A DNA stretch of 64,000 bases from Nageia nagi (taxonomy: Eukaryota; Plantae; Pinophyta). Under the pieces are notes generated by a model. It made no database searches and had not been told where the DNA came from. It saw nothing but the letters and a program-made list of their open reading frames with translations. The stretch covers positions 145,824,001-145,888,000 of the forward strand of contig JBITNC010000001.1 of NCBI GenBank assembly GCA_050084985.1. Reading direction: 5' to 3'. Positions 36,421 to 51,280 of this stretch are shown here, piece by piece. Made by a program: the position numbers and the translations under genes. Within the stretch, counting starts at the first letter, position 1; every line of letters begins with the position of its first letter.

Positions 36421-37343
36421 TAAATGAAAGGATAAGGAAATATAAATGCCTAGGAATTAAAATACATAATATTTTATATGCATTATAAAAAATAAAATAG
36501 GCATAAAAATAAAAATGAAGTAATGGAATACTCCATTTAAATTGTTTACTACCATTTTATTTATAAGAGATTAATTACTATTACCATATGAATAGTTTTA
36601 AATATTTATTAAAGGGGAAATCCTTTCACTTGGTATAGAAAAAAAATTGATATGTAGAGACTGATATTATAGATATGTTTATGGGTTATAAATTGATGAA
36701 GATACCAAAAATTTATTATATAAATAGTACTATGTGAATGTTTAGAAGGCATGTTAATCTAGAATGATACATTTTGATTAATTTTGAATTATGGTGCATT
36801 TGGTATTTTGTCAACAATTTTTCTCCAAACTTCATGCAACTTTAGTAAAGGCTAAAGTGTCAAAACTTTTCAACGAGAATATTTTGAAGGATATCAAAAA
36901 ATTTAAATATAAAAGAATTAGGGAATTTCATATTATTCTCATTTATGAGATGGATCCTATATAATTCTCATTAGATAAACTTGCATTGATTTAAAATTGT
37001 TATCATTCGACTGTATTATGGATATAAATAGGTACAAAATCTTTTAGGTAGGTTATATAAGAAATTTGAGGGTGTACTATAAGAGTTGGTATCTTGATTA
37101 TGATTATATTTACCAATGAAGTAAGCCATAATTCCCTCATAATTGAATGTTGTTAATTTTTTATTTGTTATCTAATTTTAGTTCTTTCAATTATTTTATT
37201 TCTTTAGTAGTTGAATTACCTATTTAATTTTTGTACTTTATATATGTTTGTTATTTCCTTCATGAAATAAGTACTTTTTATTTAAATCTACATTTGTTTT
37301 AATTAGCAATATCCTTTCTTTGCATTTTGTAATTAATTTCATA

Positions 37344-37346
<3 letters not shown>

Positions 37347-37418
<72 letters not shown>
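37347..37418. repeat. (AT)36 microsatellite
   Basis: Perfect 72-bp dinucleotide run. Confidence 0.97.
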
Positions 37419-37422
<4 letters not shown>

Positions 37423-40400
37423 AGCAATATTAGATATTATATAACTTCCTTAATTGCACTCTATTTCATGATTTAACAAGGATAGGAAGGGATGATTTTA
37501 TGTATTTCATAAATATTCAAATTTGTATTATATTAACAAAGAAAGTAATATATTTCTTGAAATCCATTTTGTATTTTATAATTAATTTTATTAGAAAGCT
37601 AGATTTTATATTGCCTAAATTCCATCTTTATTTACCTCCCATTTTACATTCAATTTATCAAATCATTAGGGTAGAAAGTGATAGCTTGGAAACTCCATAC
37701 ACATTGATTTTGAATTTGGATTTAGTTATCTCATTCATCTATTTAAAAAATAAAGTGAGTTGGATGGATATAGAGCTGAATTTTTTGATAAAATGAGATG
37801 TCATCATGCTATGAATATTATTCACAATCAATCTTTCATAAGTGGATATTGTACATAATACCCAAATTAGTTCACTTCAAGATATTGTATTTCATAAAGG
37901 CAACCCATTCTATGGTCCACATGTATGTTCTTACATAAAATAGTCTATTATGGGTATTCATAATCACACATGATGCAAACATCATTTATAATAACTTGGA
38001 TGAATGATATTACCTTCTTTTGAATCCTCATGAATTGGATTAGTCCAATTATCAATAAAAGTTAAAATAAAATAATATTGAATAAAGCTTAACTATAATT
38101 GGGTACTGAAATATACATAATGTTATCATAAATTACTCCATAATGTTATAAGACATATGTTATCATAGATTACTCCATAATGTTATAAATGCACTTTGTT
38201 TAAGTGTTATTAGATATAAATTAGTAATAATCATATACCTCTAAAAATTATTTCATAATAGTATAAATTAAAAAATATATTGCATAGGGTGCAATAGTAA
38301 CTACATGTTACATATTATATTGACAAATCCATTTTGTTGTATACTTCATTAGATCTATCTCATGTATTATTATCATTATATTTTTGTAAAGTTTATTTTA
38401 GTACTCTATAATTAACTAAATCCAATCAAAAATATATTTTTCTTTTATGTATTATTATAATTAGGAAAATGTATAATGCCTATCATGTTCTACTATAACT
38501 AGTAAGACACATTCATGCATGACTAATAGTTTGATCTATTTTCATATTTATATACTTTCCTTAGTTTCAATGCTATGTTATATTTAGATACATTACTATG
38601 ATAATTTTATTTAAACTCAATTGACTCTATTATTTTTCTATCATTATATTCATAAGTACATGTTGAAAACTAAATAGTTGTTGGTTGATATTTATATGTT
38701 ATTTTTTATATAATAACCCCCACATATTATATTGATTTACATTAACATATCAATTGAATCCCTTGCACAATTAATTATGAGGAGTGAATAACATTTATGC
38801 ATAATGTTTATTGTAAACATGTTGATCATGATAAAATTTGTCCATATAGTTCCAACATCATCATGTAAAATTAATTGTATAATTACTTAACACATAGAAA
38901 TATCATTTCATGAAATTTCTTATCAAACATAATAACATAAAGATCAATCTCATGATAATTACCATCTTATAATTCATGAAGGCATATTTATAATAGTCTC
39001 AAAGATTATAGGAGGTTGAGATTATGTAGGAAGAACATGCTTTCCCATTTAGTGTTGTATGTGCATGGAGTAAATCCTCAGACAAGTTTGGGATGAGAGA
39101 TAGTTTTGAACCCAATGATACTACTACAATCCCATTTTTGGGATATAACTCCACTTTTCATCGAAGAATGAACTTGTAAACCATAGTTTTTCTCTTTATG
39201 TACTCATTTCATTTATATTGTAAAATTAGTATGGTTGTAGAATCTTCTTATTTTGTTGTACTAATCTATATAAGGTGTATGGATATAAATATGATTATTT
39301 TTGAAAAGAAAAATTAAATAATATTTATTAGAATGATTCCACTAAAGAATATGTTATAGTCCAATGTAAGGAAAAAGTAACATATAATTACATTGGATCT
39401 AACTTTCAACATGAATATATTTATTTGCAACTACTATGTAGTTTCTCTAAAAGATTACTTAATGTATGCTTATATTGTTCATAATAACTAGACTCCGAAT
39501 AATGCTTGAAGTTAGAAATATTTTATAATTACTAGTAGGTTAGGTATATTATAAAAGTTTATGAAGAGGTTATTAAAAAACCAATTATGTAGATGAAAGC
39601 ATGTTGTATCCTTCAATTTTTCCAATCTATAATTACTACAAAAAAAGAAATTTATATGAATGATTTTGATGAAAATATTATGAAAGTTTAAAATAATTTC
39701 ACTCTAGCTATTGAATCAATTTTAATAACTCTTAATATCTTATTAAAGCATAATGAACATAAGATTCTACCATGAAACTATTTAATTAATTCTAAAGGAT
39801 ATGAGATGGTAAAACTTCTATTTTTGTGCAATTAAGTATAATATTACTAAATGATTGCCTGGTAAAACCCTTAGTAAAATTGCTACTATGTATGGCATCA
39901 TCAAATTCCATGTTTCATACTAAACTAAAATAGTCTATGATTACATAGATAATTAACCTCTAAAATATAGGTAAAAAAAATATTTACGTATGGAATGTAT
40001 AACAAATAGGTGATTGAATTATAAGGTAATGGGATTAATAAACAATAGTGAAAGGGTTCATAAATACAGGGATAACTTATCCTATGAAAGGAGCTATATT
40101 TATATGGAAATTTCATACCAAATATAAGGATTGATTCTCTTTTCCTTAGTAAAGAATAATTTGGTTATAATTTTATTTTAGAGATTTGATTGTTTTAAAT
40201 TAGAGAACTAACCTTATGATTATGATTCAATAATATTAATGAAGTATGTGATAGTGATCAAGTAATGAAATAGAATAATTATTAGACTAGCTAAGGTCAA
40301 GCACTTAAAAGATTGATAAGATTCTATGATGATCCAAAGAGAATTAGCTTTACTCAAAATATTAAAGCAACTAGGATAAAAGTTAAAATAAAATCAATTC

Positions 40401-40774
40401 CCTTAGATTAAGGACTTTCATGGTAATTTTAAAAGCATGTCAATTTAAGAAACTCCAACCTTAGGATTATGATTGAGAATAAATAATTGAAGAATAATTA
40501 GACATATGAATAAGATAATAATAAGTGTTATAAGAAAAATAATAATTTATTATGATTATTTAATCTATATTAAATTTAATAGAATAATGATGAAATTGTA
40601 GTAAATAGTATTAATATGAAATATAACAATGATCACAATTGATCTAATTATGTAATACATGCTCCTATTCTTGATAGCATTTTCACCTATTTTTGATATA
40701 CAAAACCCTAAAATTTTAGACCTAATTTTTTTTATTAGGTAAAACACTCAAATGATCTAGGAATGGACCTAGGA

Positions 40775-43700
40775 TGTAACGATCCAGCCAATTACATTGT
40801 TAATACTTGAGTACCATCAAGGTCTTAATAAGATTCAATTTGAATTAAGCTTTGTGATGATGACTTTTAAATAGTTATATGCTTTATTTATCTCAATTTG
40901 ATGTTGGCTTCGAGATGTTTGACATAGGCCATAGGTTAAACCAAGATGGAAAGTGAGGAAAAGACCCAAGGAATCAAGGGTAAATTAGTGATAAGAATAA
41001 AGGGTAAGAGTGAGGAAATGATTAGCATTGGTTCATTGACAAACCCTAATGACCATCATAGATCATGTAGTTGCATGGTATAATAATTAGTCATGAATAT
41101 TAATTTTCATGATGAATGTATGTTTGTGTATGTGTGTGGATTAACAATTATAATGCATATTGAGGTGACCATCATAAGTAAGATGTGTGGTTGATTTCTT
41201 GTTATGAATTTTTGTAATTTAGATTCAAAAAGGAAGGTCAAGGAATATTCCCTTCTTTTGAATTCAAATTTTGACTTATAGTTGTTAGTAAATTAATGTG
41301 ATAATTAAAAATAGTAAATATAAAGGACTAAGGTCATTTTGTGATGTTACAAAATATTTAATGGTTGATGAAAATAATTGATTGATGACCCTACCTATTT
41401 TATTTCCTTATGTTAGGTATAGGTAATATTTGGTACTAATTTGTCAGTTAATAAAAAAGGTTCAAAAGTATGTAATACCACTACAATTATCAACAACTTT
41501 AATCAAACCTAACCCAACACTTATTGAAGGAATTAGGAGACATTCATTTGTATATACTTAAACCTCCTTGGCTATAAATAGTAGGGGTGGAACATTAGGA
41601 AAACACCTATCTCTTATTATTTTATTCTTGTTATTCTCAAGATTGGGTATAGAGTTACATGAAGAAAAGAAGCCTCTCTCTCTCCAAGTTTAGGTGCATT
41701 CTTTTCCATTTTAAATAATAAATCTAAGATGCTTAGTTAAATTAGCCCTATATTGATGTTATTTAATAATTTCTATGAAAGTTTTATTTGATAAAGATTC
41801 TTAGAATTAATTATTTATAAGAGGTCTTGTACCATTTAAAGGGACTTATTTCTTATTTTGCTAACATATTGCATGTGATGGTTGGTATCTTGTATTTTCT
41901 TAAAAAATTAAAGGAGTGTGGTCATATTCCTTTTAATTTAAAAATATTGGTGGTAATTCTTGAGTACAAGAGTATTATATATTTTTTACTATTTTGATGA
42001 GACTAGTCAAATAATTCCTAACATGAGTTGGTCATGGGAGCCTATGCCTTGGATGAAATTTGCTAGTCTTTCTTTGTATCTTTACTTTACTCCCTTGCAT
42101 GCATATTACCATGGAATAGTGATCTCAAATTTTATAGGAAAGTATTATTTCCTACTTCATGATAAGCCTCCATGATTTCTTTATGAGCTTTCATGTAATT
42201 TTACACTAGAAGGATAGCTGTCAAAAGTTTTTAGAGTTTTGTTTAATTTTGATAACTACACCCCTTTTCAAATATCCATTTTATGCATATTCCATCATCA
42301 TTATAGTCTATGAAATATATATATGGTCAAATAATTTCCTAACCCTATGTATAAATTTACATAACAAGCCTTTGCCTTCATAACCATAATATTTGATAGG
42401 ATATCATTTCAAATACTCTTTGATGGTCCTCAAAACCTTCTTGATGTGCTCTCTCGATAGTACATGTTGGAAAAGTGCAAGTAAAGGTTTTAGAGCTTGA
42501 TTGTGTGCCCATTTAGATATCTATTTTGTGCATATCCTATCATCACTAGAAACCATTTTTATGGATCTTCATACCTCCTTCACGAGATCATGCAATAGTA
42601 CACTCTAGGAGAATGTTGATAAAGTTTGTAGAGTTTGGCTTTATACCTAATGTTGTTTGCATAAAAGGATCCATTGTTGATGTAGATCAACATAAATTCC
42701 CATAAATTAATACCATATCTCCTCCCTTTGGAAGATGAAACCATGAATGAGGTCACCTAATTCTATCATGTAAATTATGGTAAGAACAACATTTTATTTT
42801 CCACTTCCTATGTAGACTTATAAAATGGATCTATGATGTATTGATCAGTAAATAGTACTAAATTTATTTGGTCAACTTTCATACTACAATTATATTTATA
42901 TAACGAGACATTTTCCCTCAATATGTATAGGAGAACCATAATTACTCTATGGAAAACATTGTATATGTTAATAAACAATAGCATTATAATACTAGGAATA
43001 ATGCTAAATATGTCACATATTTATTTTTCTTCTCATTAATGGAAAACCATATGGATTAGTGCTACCCTCTATGTTAAATCTGATTTTGGAGAACCATTGA
43101 AATATAAAGTCTTGTATGAAACCACTTTACTCAATGTTTTCCAAATATTTAATTACAAATAATATATGGTGACCAAATTTTACATTTTTCTATATTGAAT
43201 AATGGACATACTATATTAATAAGGTGAATTTGTGTCAATTCCTAGGTATGAAGTGAAGTAAGAAAACAATAATATATAGAGATATTCAATGGATATTTTC
43301 AATAATTTTTATACATAATACCTTAGTAAAAGTCTATAATAATAGTGCAGTTGCTATGATTAGTTATGAGAAAGAGTGTGTGAAATTTATTTGATTAAAT
43401 GTCATAGAATGTATGTAGCATCACTAAAGGAATGAAAGATGAATATTTAGTATGATAATATTATAATGTTATGTGAGTAAGATTCATACACACCCCATGA
43501 CTATGGAAGGGAGGTAACCATAAATCCTCCTAAGGTCCATAAAATGATTTTGAAATAATGAGATGTTGTATATCATTTGCATTAAGGTCATATATTTACA
43601 AAAGGGTTATCATGATCCTCAAACTCTTCACCTCATAGTACTCAAACCCTTTTCCAATGGTCCATGGAGAAGTTTGATGATCGAAGATGGATGAAGGTAA

Positions 43701-45457
43701 ATTTACAATGAGGCAAAGATGTCTTAATGAACAATTTTCTATGGCCTGACTTGTAAATAAGACCTAATTATGCTTTAATGAGGTTACAATCTTATTTGTA
43801 TCTTAAGATTATTTGTAATTATTATTACTTCCTTTTTATTAACCTATTCTTGTAATATTTAATGAAATTTATTTTCATTAATTTTCATTAAAGGATGGAT
43901 GGTATTATGAGATTCTTTAGTTCAGACTCTATAGTTAATAAATAGATGTATCTTGTTAATTCAATGATTCTTGTTCCTTTTAATTTGCTTAGACATTAAT
44001 GGATGAATGTTGTAATTGAATAGGGTTATACAGTACCATCAAGTTTTCATGACATCTAATATGAAATAAATATAGTACATGGCTATAACAAGATCATTTG
44101 ATTTAATAGAGATTGAAAAATATTATTGATAAATGTGTTTACAAAGGTCTCTAATTTTAGGATATCAATAAGATCAATAACCCTAATAAACCTTAACAAA
44201 TTGAAAAAGATCCCAACTTATATTTATGGTTCTAAATTAAGGTTTGGAATAAATTAAGAAATGTTAGGGATCATTTGTATCAAAATGGGAATGAATGGAA
44301 TTAATTGGGAACTAATAGCATAATTTCAAATCCTATGGGAATACTTGGATAGTCAAACAAGGTAAAATGATTGACATGAAATGAAGGCTAGGAAAGAAAA
44401 CCATAAGGAATTAGTTCTACCAAAAAGGATATTTTTGTATGGATTTGATAATAAAAAAATTGTAGAGAATATTCGTTAGTTAAACCTCCCTTCCTACATG
44501 ACATTGTAAAAGAATATTCCTTGAGTATGGACCACTTTCCATTACACTTCCTTTATAGTAGTGTTTAACTTTAGTGTCATCTCAAGACACATTACTAAAC
44601 ACTAGTATGAGGACTTTTATAAAGTGGTTTTAATTACAAAGTACCATGTGTATGGGATATTTATAGAACTATAGATGTCTTGTGACTTACTAAACAAGTT
44701 ATTTTGAGTGTTCCTGCATACAATATGGTATCATTAGGTTATGGGTGGTTTTTATTTTATAACCTTACTTAAAATTAATTAGACTATACAAACCACTTGA
44801 GGGTATTATTTTGATACCCATGAATCCCTAAGATATGGGCATAGAGATTCCAAATTCCATTGTGATCCTAGCCGATAGGTATGGGAAAGCTAGTATCTCA
44901 TATCCTTGATAAGGTATCAAATGATGATAATAATTGATAAAACTATGGTTGTTGAGTGAAGATAATTTAGTAGTCATACTACTTGTAGTTAAGCACATAG
45001 AAGTATGATGACTATTCCATAGGTGATAATGTTTTCTAATCATAAGGATGTTTGCCTTAGAAGAACTTATAATTCAAAGTGTTACCATCAAGTAAGGATA
45101 TGTAACCTAGTGGATGTACATTTTATTGAGTGATATGGGCCCTAAGTAGGAAACCACTATGCCATATCCAAAATATTTATTACATAGTTTGTGTAGTGGA
45201 AATGGTGTGATCACATTTTAGTCATCTCCTTAACAAGATGATCATTATGGAGTGAACACTAGAAGAGATGTAATCATTGTTGAATAATCTAGACTTTATT
45301 CAATCTTACCATGTGGGTATTGACTAGCTAGCAACATTGAAAAGCTCATGTGGATCACCTCAAACCATTCCTAGAACTTTAGAGTGTTTAAAATAAATAA
45401 AAAAATTATGTCTAAAATTTAGGGTTTTACATATATAGAATAAGTGGATGTATTACA
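40775..45457 (+). repeat. 5' LTR of the Tekay element (~4.7 kb)
   Basis: tgtaacga...gtattaca; first ~430 bp match 50311-50742; TATA-like ctataaata at ~41572. Confidence 0.85.
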
Positions 45458-45639
45458 TTGGTATCAAAGTATCAAGTTTAAACTCTTAAGCCTAAGGTCC
45501 ATGATTCATTTGCTATAAGATTTTAGGAAGTCAATATAAGTATGCTTGAGACTAATAACAATACCATTTGGTGGACTCAAATTATAACAATCCCATTACA
45601 TGTAACAAGAGCTTAAGGAAACCAATGAAAAGGTGTTAG

Positions 45640-48600
45640 AAATGGCCTTCTTGTGAATGCCAATACCAAAGAAAACCAAAGAACTATTAGGATCCAAAAT
45701 GAAAATGGTAGAGGATGAAATGCTATAAATGGAATAATGAGGAATGGTAATAGAAGGGTTCTTAATAACTAGAATGAGAGTTTTTCAAGTCATTCCATTT
45801 GAAATAATGATGGAGAAGAATTCATCATGAAATTACAAGAGTAAATGGTGGAGTAGAAAGAAATAATAAAATAATATATTGAATCCACAAGGTAAACCTC
45901 CAAGAGAACATATTCCAGAATAAGTAAGACCTAAAGGGATGGATGCTCAAATATAAGAAAGAATTGAATAAGAACTTGCAATAAATCTAAAGAAAGATTA
46001 GATTCAAAAATTTGATGGTAAGCTAAAATGTGAACAAGTATAAGTGTGGTTAGAAGAAGTAAAAACATACTTCTTGATGAAAAAATTCTCACTAGAGACC
46101 AAAAAGATATGGGTAACCTACAATTTTTAGGATATTTCTCTAGAATGGTGGAATGCATATAAGATTGAGCATAGAATCTAGTACCTGAAGTGGCCAGAAT
46201 TCATTATAGCATTTTGTAAGAGATTCATTCCTTACATGTACTATGATAGAGATTATGAAGAATACTATACTTTTTAGCAAGGATCCATGAGTGTTTAAAG
46301 TTATCATCAAAGATTTTTCAAACTTCTTAAACATGTCCAAAAAAATCAAAATTATATAAAGGTTCATAGATTTCTTGTGGGATTAGATCCCAAGATCAAA
46401 ACTATGGTAAATGTATTGAATCCCAAAATGTTAGAAAAATCATATGACATTACAAAAATGGAAGAAAGTAACTTGGGAATCATAGACACCCTTGTAAACT
46501 ATAAGATTCTAGATGAAAAAGATAAGAAAATCCATCAAAAAAATCATAGTATAGAGCATCAAGTACAATAGACAAGTAATAATAAATATAATCATGGTTA
46601 TAAGGATGGTAATCACTCCAGATTTGAGAAATGACCATTTGGGAACAAAGGCTTTAAGAAGAAGAATTTTCAAAGAAAGAATTAGTAGTTTTGTAAAAAC
46701 ATCAAAATCTTAGAAATGGAAATCAAGTTTTTAGAAACCATGGTCAAGGGTTTCAAGGCAATCAAAATACACTAAGAGATAATTTTCTTAAATAAAAGAT
46801 AGCTCCTTGAAATGGATGCTAGAAATATGGAGGAGTGCATTATGCAAGTTAATGTCCCTTGAAGATAGATCTTCCCAAAGAGCATAGAATCTTTATAGCA
46901 ACTAGATCATTATAGACTAGAAGATAATCCAAACCTCTTCAAATCTCTAGTAAAATTTCTAATAAATATTTTAAGATTTTGATAGATTATGGTACTACAT
47001 ATAGTTTTATTTCACATTACTTAGCTAAGCACATGTCAAAGATACCAAAATTTTTGACAAATGGGTGGCAAGTGGAGTTTGGATTAGGTTAGAAATACCT
47101 TGTTAGAAAATGCATTAGGGATGTTGAACTAAAATTACCCAAAGGGTCTATTGTGTGAGATTTATATGTGGTTACTCTAGCTTCTTACAATATCATTTTA
47201 GTCATGGATTGGTTGATGGCCCAAAAAGCTTTGATTTAATTTTAGGAGAGATGGGTAGAATACATCAATGTATCTAAAAATTGGTACATGATGTATAGTG
47301 ATCAAGGATCTTTTGAACCCTATTTGATCACAGCCATGCAAGTTAAAATAAGCATTAGAAAAAGAGAGATGATTTATTCAGTCAAGGTTAAATAAGTAGA
47401 ATAAGAGGATAAGGAGCTAGATTTGCTAAATAAGTACCCTATGTTAAGAGAATATAAAGATTTATTTCTTGAAGATATACCTTAATTACCCCCAAAACAA
47501 GAGTTTAATTTCTTAATAAATTTAGCACCAAGAGTTGAACATATTTCTAGAACCCTATATAAAATGAATACCCTTGAGATGTAGGAGTTAAATGTACAAT
47601 TGCAAGATTTTTAGAGAAAGTGTTGATAAAACCAAGTGTATCACCATGGGGAGCTTCTATGTTGTTTATGAAAAAGAAATATGGAACTCTACAATTGTGA
47701 ATTGATTATAGGACATTGAATAAGGTAACCATAAAAAATAGGTATCCTTTACATTGGATTGATGACTTGTTCAATCAACTCAAAGATGCTACTATTTTAT
47801 CTAAGAGAGATCAAAGATCAAGGTATCATCAATTAAGAATTAAGGGATCATACACACATAAGATATCTTTTAAAAGTAGGTATGGACACCATAAGTTTGT
47901 TGTATTACCTTTTATGTTAATGAATACCCATATAACATTTATGAACTTGATGAATAGTGTTTATCAAGAATACCTACATAAGTTTGTATTGGTATTTTTA
48001 GATTATATCCTCATATACTCAAAGAATGAGGAGGAACATAATTATCATCTAAGGTTACCTCTAAAGGTGTTGAGAAGAAATCAATTATATGGAAAACTAT
48101 CAAAGTGTGACTTTTATGTTTCCCAAATTTAGCATCTAGGTCACATATCTCTCTAGAAGGAATTTCAATTGATCCCAAGAAACTAGAAGCAATAATGAGT
48201 TGGTTTGCACAAACAAGTGTCACTAAGGTAAGAATTTTTATGGGATTAGTTAGGTACTATTGAAGGTTTGTAAAAAAATTCTCAAAGATAGAAAATACTA
48301 TCACAAGCCTTAAAAAGAAAAATAAGGTATCCAAATGGATAGAAATGTGTGAAAAACCATTTGCAACTTTGAAGGAAAGGCTTACCACAATGCCAATTCT
48401 TATTATCCCCAACCCATATGATGATTTTGTAGTATGTATGAATGCTTCAGTAGAAGGTGTGGGTGGTGTGTTATCATAAAATGGAAATCTAGTAGCATAT
48501 GAATCTATAAAACTAAAAAAACATGAGTTAAACTATGCAACTCATGATATTGAGTTAGTAGAAGTATTCCATGAACTCAGAATGTGGAGACACTATATTT

Positions 48601-50230
48601 TAGAAAAAAGATTTCAAACTTGAAATGGATCATCAAAGTTTGAAGTACCTTTTCACTTAGGTGAATCTAAATTCTAAGCAAAGGTGGAGCATAGAGTTCC
48701 TAGCTAAATATGACTTTGGTATAGAATACATCAAAGGAAAGGAAAACAAAGTGGTATATTCTCTGAGCCATAGATGATATGTAAATGCCATGATAAGAAG
48801 TCAATTTGACTTTCTTGATAAAGTAAAATTTTTGTAGCAAGAAGACTTGTATTGTAGATCCATTTAGGAATTGATTGAGAAAGGTACCCCATAATCTCAA
48901 GATTTCACTAAAAATGATAAAAATTTATATTTTAAGGATAGATTAGTCATCCTAGAGAATGGAAATATGAGAAGTTTAATCATGCAAGAAGCTCTTCAAT
49001 CCCCATATGTAGCACATCTAGGAGGTATGAAGATGAGAGAAGACCTAAAATAAAGATTTTATTAGGATGGAATGAAAAAGGACATAGCAAAATTTATAGA
49101 AACATGCCTTGAATGTTATAAATTGAAGTTAGAACATCAATATCTAGATGGATATCTACATCCACATGATGTTCCTACACAAAAATGGTAAGTGATTTCA
49201 ATGGATTTTATCATTGGTTTACTAAAAACCAAATTCTATCATGACTCAATCCTAGTAGTGGTTGATACATTGACCAAAGTGGTACATTTTATACCTTGCA
49301 ATACCACTAATGATGCTACCATAGTAGCAAATAATTTTTCATATGAAATATTTAGATTGCATAGATTTCCTAAGTGATAATATCAAATAGATATTTTAAG
49401 TTCACCTTTGTGTTTTAGAAATCACTACCCAAGGTATTGGGAACAAAATTGAATATGAGTTCAACATATCATTCTAAGATAGATGGAAAAAATAAATGAG
49501 TAAATAGAGTCATTGAGGACATGCTCAAAATGTATTGCATGGAGCAAAAGACTAAATGTGAAGATTACCTCTACTTAGTCAAATTTGCTTATAATAATGG
49601 GTATCAATAATATTTTAGAATGGCTCCTTTTAAGGCTTTCTATGGAAGGATATCTAGGATTCCTTTATCTTGGAATAATCAAAAGGATCAAGTGATGATA
49701 TAGCCAAAAATGTTAAAGAAAATGAAGGAACAAATAAAGTTCATTTGATGAAAGTTGAATGAAGCTACTGATCGACAAAAGAGTTATGCTGATATTAAGA
49801 GAACTCCTTAAGAATTTATTGTTTGTGGGAAAGTAATTTCATGAGTATCACCAATGAGAATTGCTATAAATTTAACTAAATTGGATCTCCAATTTGTTAT
49901 TCCTTTTGAAATTATCAAAAAGAAGAGTCTAGTTACCTACAAACTTACTTTGCCACCAAGTTTGTCAAAAATGGATCATGTGTTCCATGTCGCTCTATTG
50001 ATAAAGTATGTTGCTAACCCCTCTTATGTGTTGGATTTTTTTAATTTATAGTTGTTTTACCCTAAGGATATAAAATATCTCCTTCTTATAATTATATATT
50101 TATGAACTAAAAAGCTAAGAAATCAAAATATTAATGAGTGTCTAGTATAATGGTATAAGTATTCATAATTACTTTCCACTTCGAAAGTTGAATCTACTAT
50201 GAGAAGATAATTTCCCTATTTGTTTGCTTG
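45640..50230 (+). pseudogene. Degenerate gag-pol (Zn knuckle, PR, RT, RH, integrase, chromodomain)
   Basis: Knuckle GC*KYGGVHYAS*CP (~46814). Protease LIDYGTTYSFI (~46979). RT NKVTIKNRYPL, VLVFLDYILIYSK. Integrase ISMDFIIGL, VFHVALLIKY. Chromodomain KLRNQNINECLV*W...FPYLF. Confidence 0.92.
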
Positions 50231-50310
50231 ATTATGTGAAAATCATTATGATTATATTATGATTGTATATAACAACATAGGGGATTGTGTTACTTTTAAG
50301 GGGGGTAGTA

Positions 50311-50742
50311 TGTAATGACCCACCAATTGCATTATTAAGATTTGAGTACCATCAAGGTCCTAATGTGATTTAATTTAAATTAAGCTATGTGCTAATGAGT
50401 TTTGAATAGTGATATGATTTATTTTTTTTAGTTTGATGCTAGCTTTGAGATGGTTTTACATAAGTCATAGATTAACCCAAGATGGAAAGTGTGAAAAAGA
50501 ACCAAGGAACCAAGGGTGAATTGGTGATAGGAATGGAAGGGTAAGAGTGAATAAATGATTAGCATTAGTTTAATAATAAACCCTAATGACCATCATACAT
50601 CATGTAGCTACATGGTAGAATAATTAGTCATGAATATCAATTTTCATGATGAATGTATGTTTATGGATGTGTGTGAGTTAAATATTATCCTATAGATTGA
50701 GGTGAACATCATAGGCAAGATATGCAGTTCATTTATTCTTAT
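50311..50742 (+). repeat. Truncated 3' LTR of the Tekay element
   Basis: Matches 40775-~41205, then similarity stops abruptly. Confidence 0.9.
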
Positions 50743-50789
50743 TGAACAAAACTTCATTGGGTGTAAAATAATATCAATAAAAAGAAGAT

Positions 50790-51280
50790 GAGATACATAT
50801 GATTTGTTTGTCAAACTATATTTCTAGGACACTACCTCATATAACATGTTGATGGTAACATATATATAATAATAGGTTTTTAAAAGGACTACATAGGCAT
50901 TTAAGTTGATGAAACTATCAAATTTAAACACAAACTTTGCAACCTTTGCCAACATTCTTTCAGTATGTGCCATCATGGAAGCCTTTAAAGAAGGTATGGA
51001 GACCCATCAAAGAATAGTGGGATATGGCTTCTCATCAAAGATTAGAATTTTGAGTGCCTAAATAGTCATGTATATTTACTGTGGGAGAGTACACAAGGCC
51101 ATCAATTTATTTAACAATAGATTTGTGGCTACGATGCAATAATAAGAGGATAGGGGCTACATAATTGGTGAGGATATCCATGAATTATTTTACAAACTGT
51201 CTCTTCAAAATGTTCATAGATGATTTCCAAGGATATATAAGCAAATTAAATCATCAAATGTAATACCAAACTCCTTATTC
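50790..51280 (+). pseudogene. PLS-class pentatricopeptide repeat (PPR) gene fragment
   Basis: DTTSYNMLMVTYI...AFKLMKLSNLNTNFATFANILSVCAIMEAFKEGMETHQRIVGYGFSSKIRILSA*IVMYIYCGRVHKAINLFNN reads as a decayed P-L-S motif triplet. Confidence 0.88.

Larger units (their letters stand above)
40775..50742 (+). mobile_element. Ty3/gypsy chromovirus (Tekay/Del-type), near full length, 3' LTR truncated
   Basis: 5' LTR 40775-45457; PBS tggtatcaaag 45459-45469; gag-pol with chromodomain; PPT taaggggggtagta 50297-50310; 3' LTR from 50311. Confidence 0.92.

Noticed and set aside
37500-37820. ORF with IRVESDSL (RNase H-like) and an adjacent PPR-like phrase
   Set aside because: Isolated short motifs in very AT-rich sequence, not distinguishable from chance.
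38117-38190. Short ~40-bp tandem duplication
   Set aside because: Real, but an ordinary slippage-type duplication with no further structure.
39790-40210. Possible LINE ORF1 remnant (GKTLSKIA...)
   Set aside because: Too degenerate to support by eye; it needs an HMM search.
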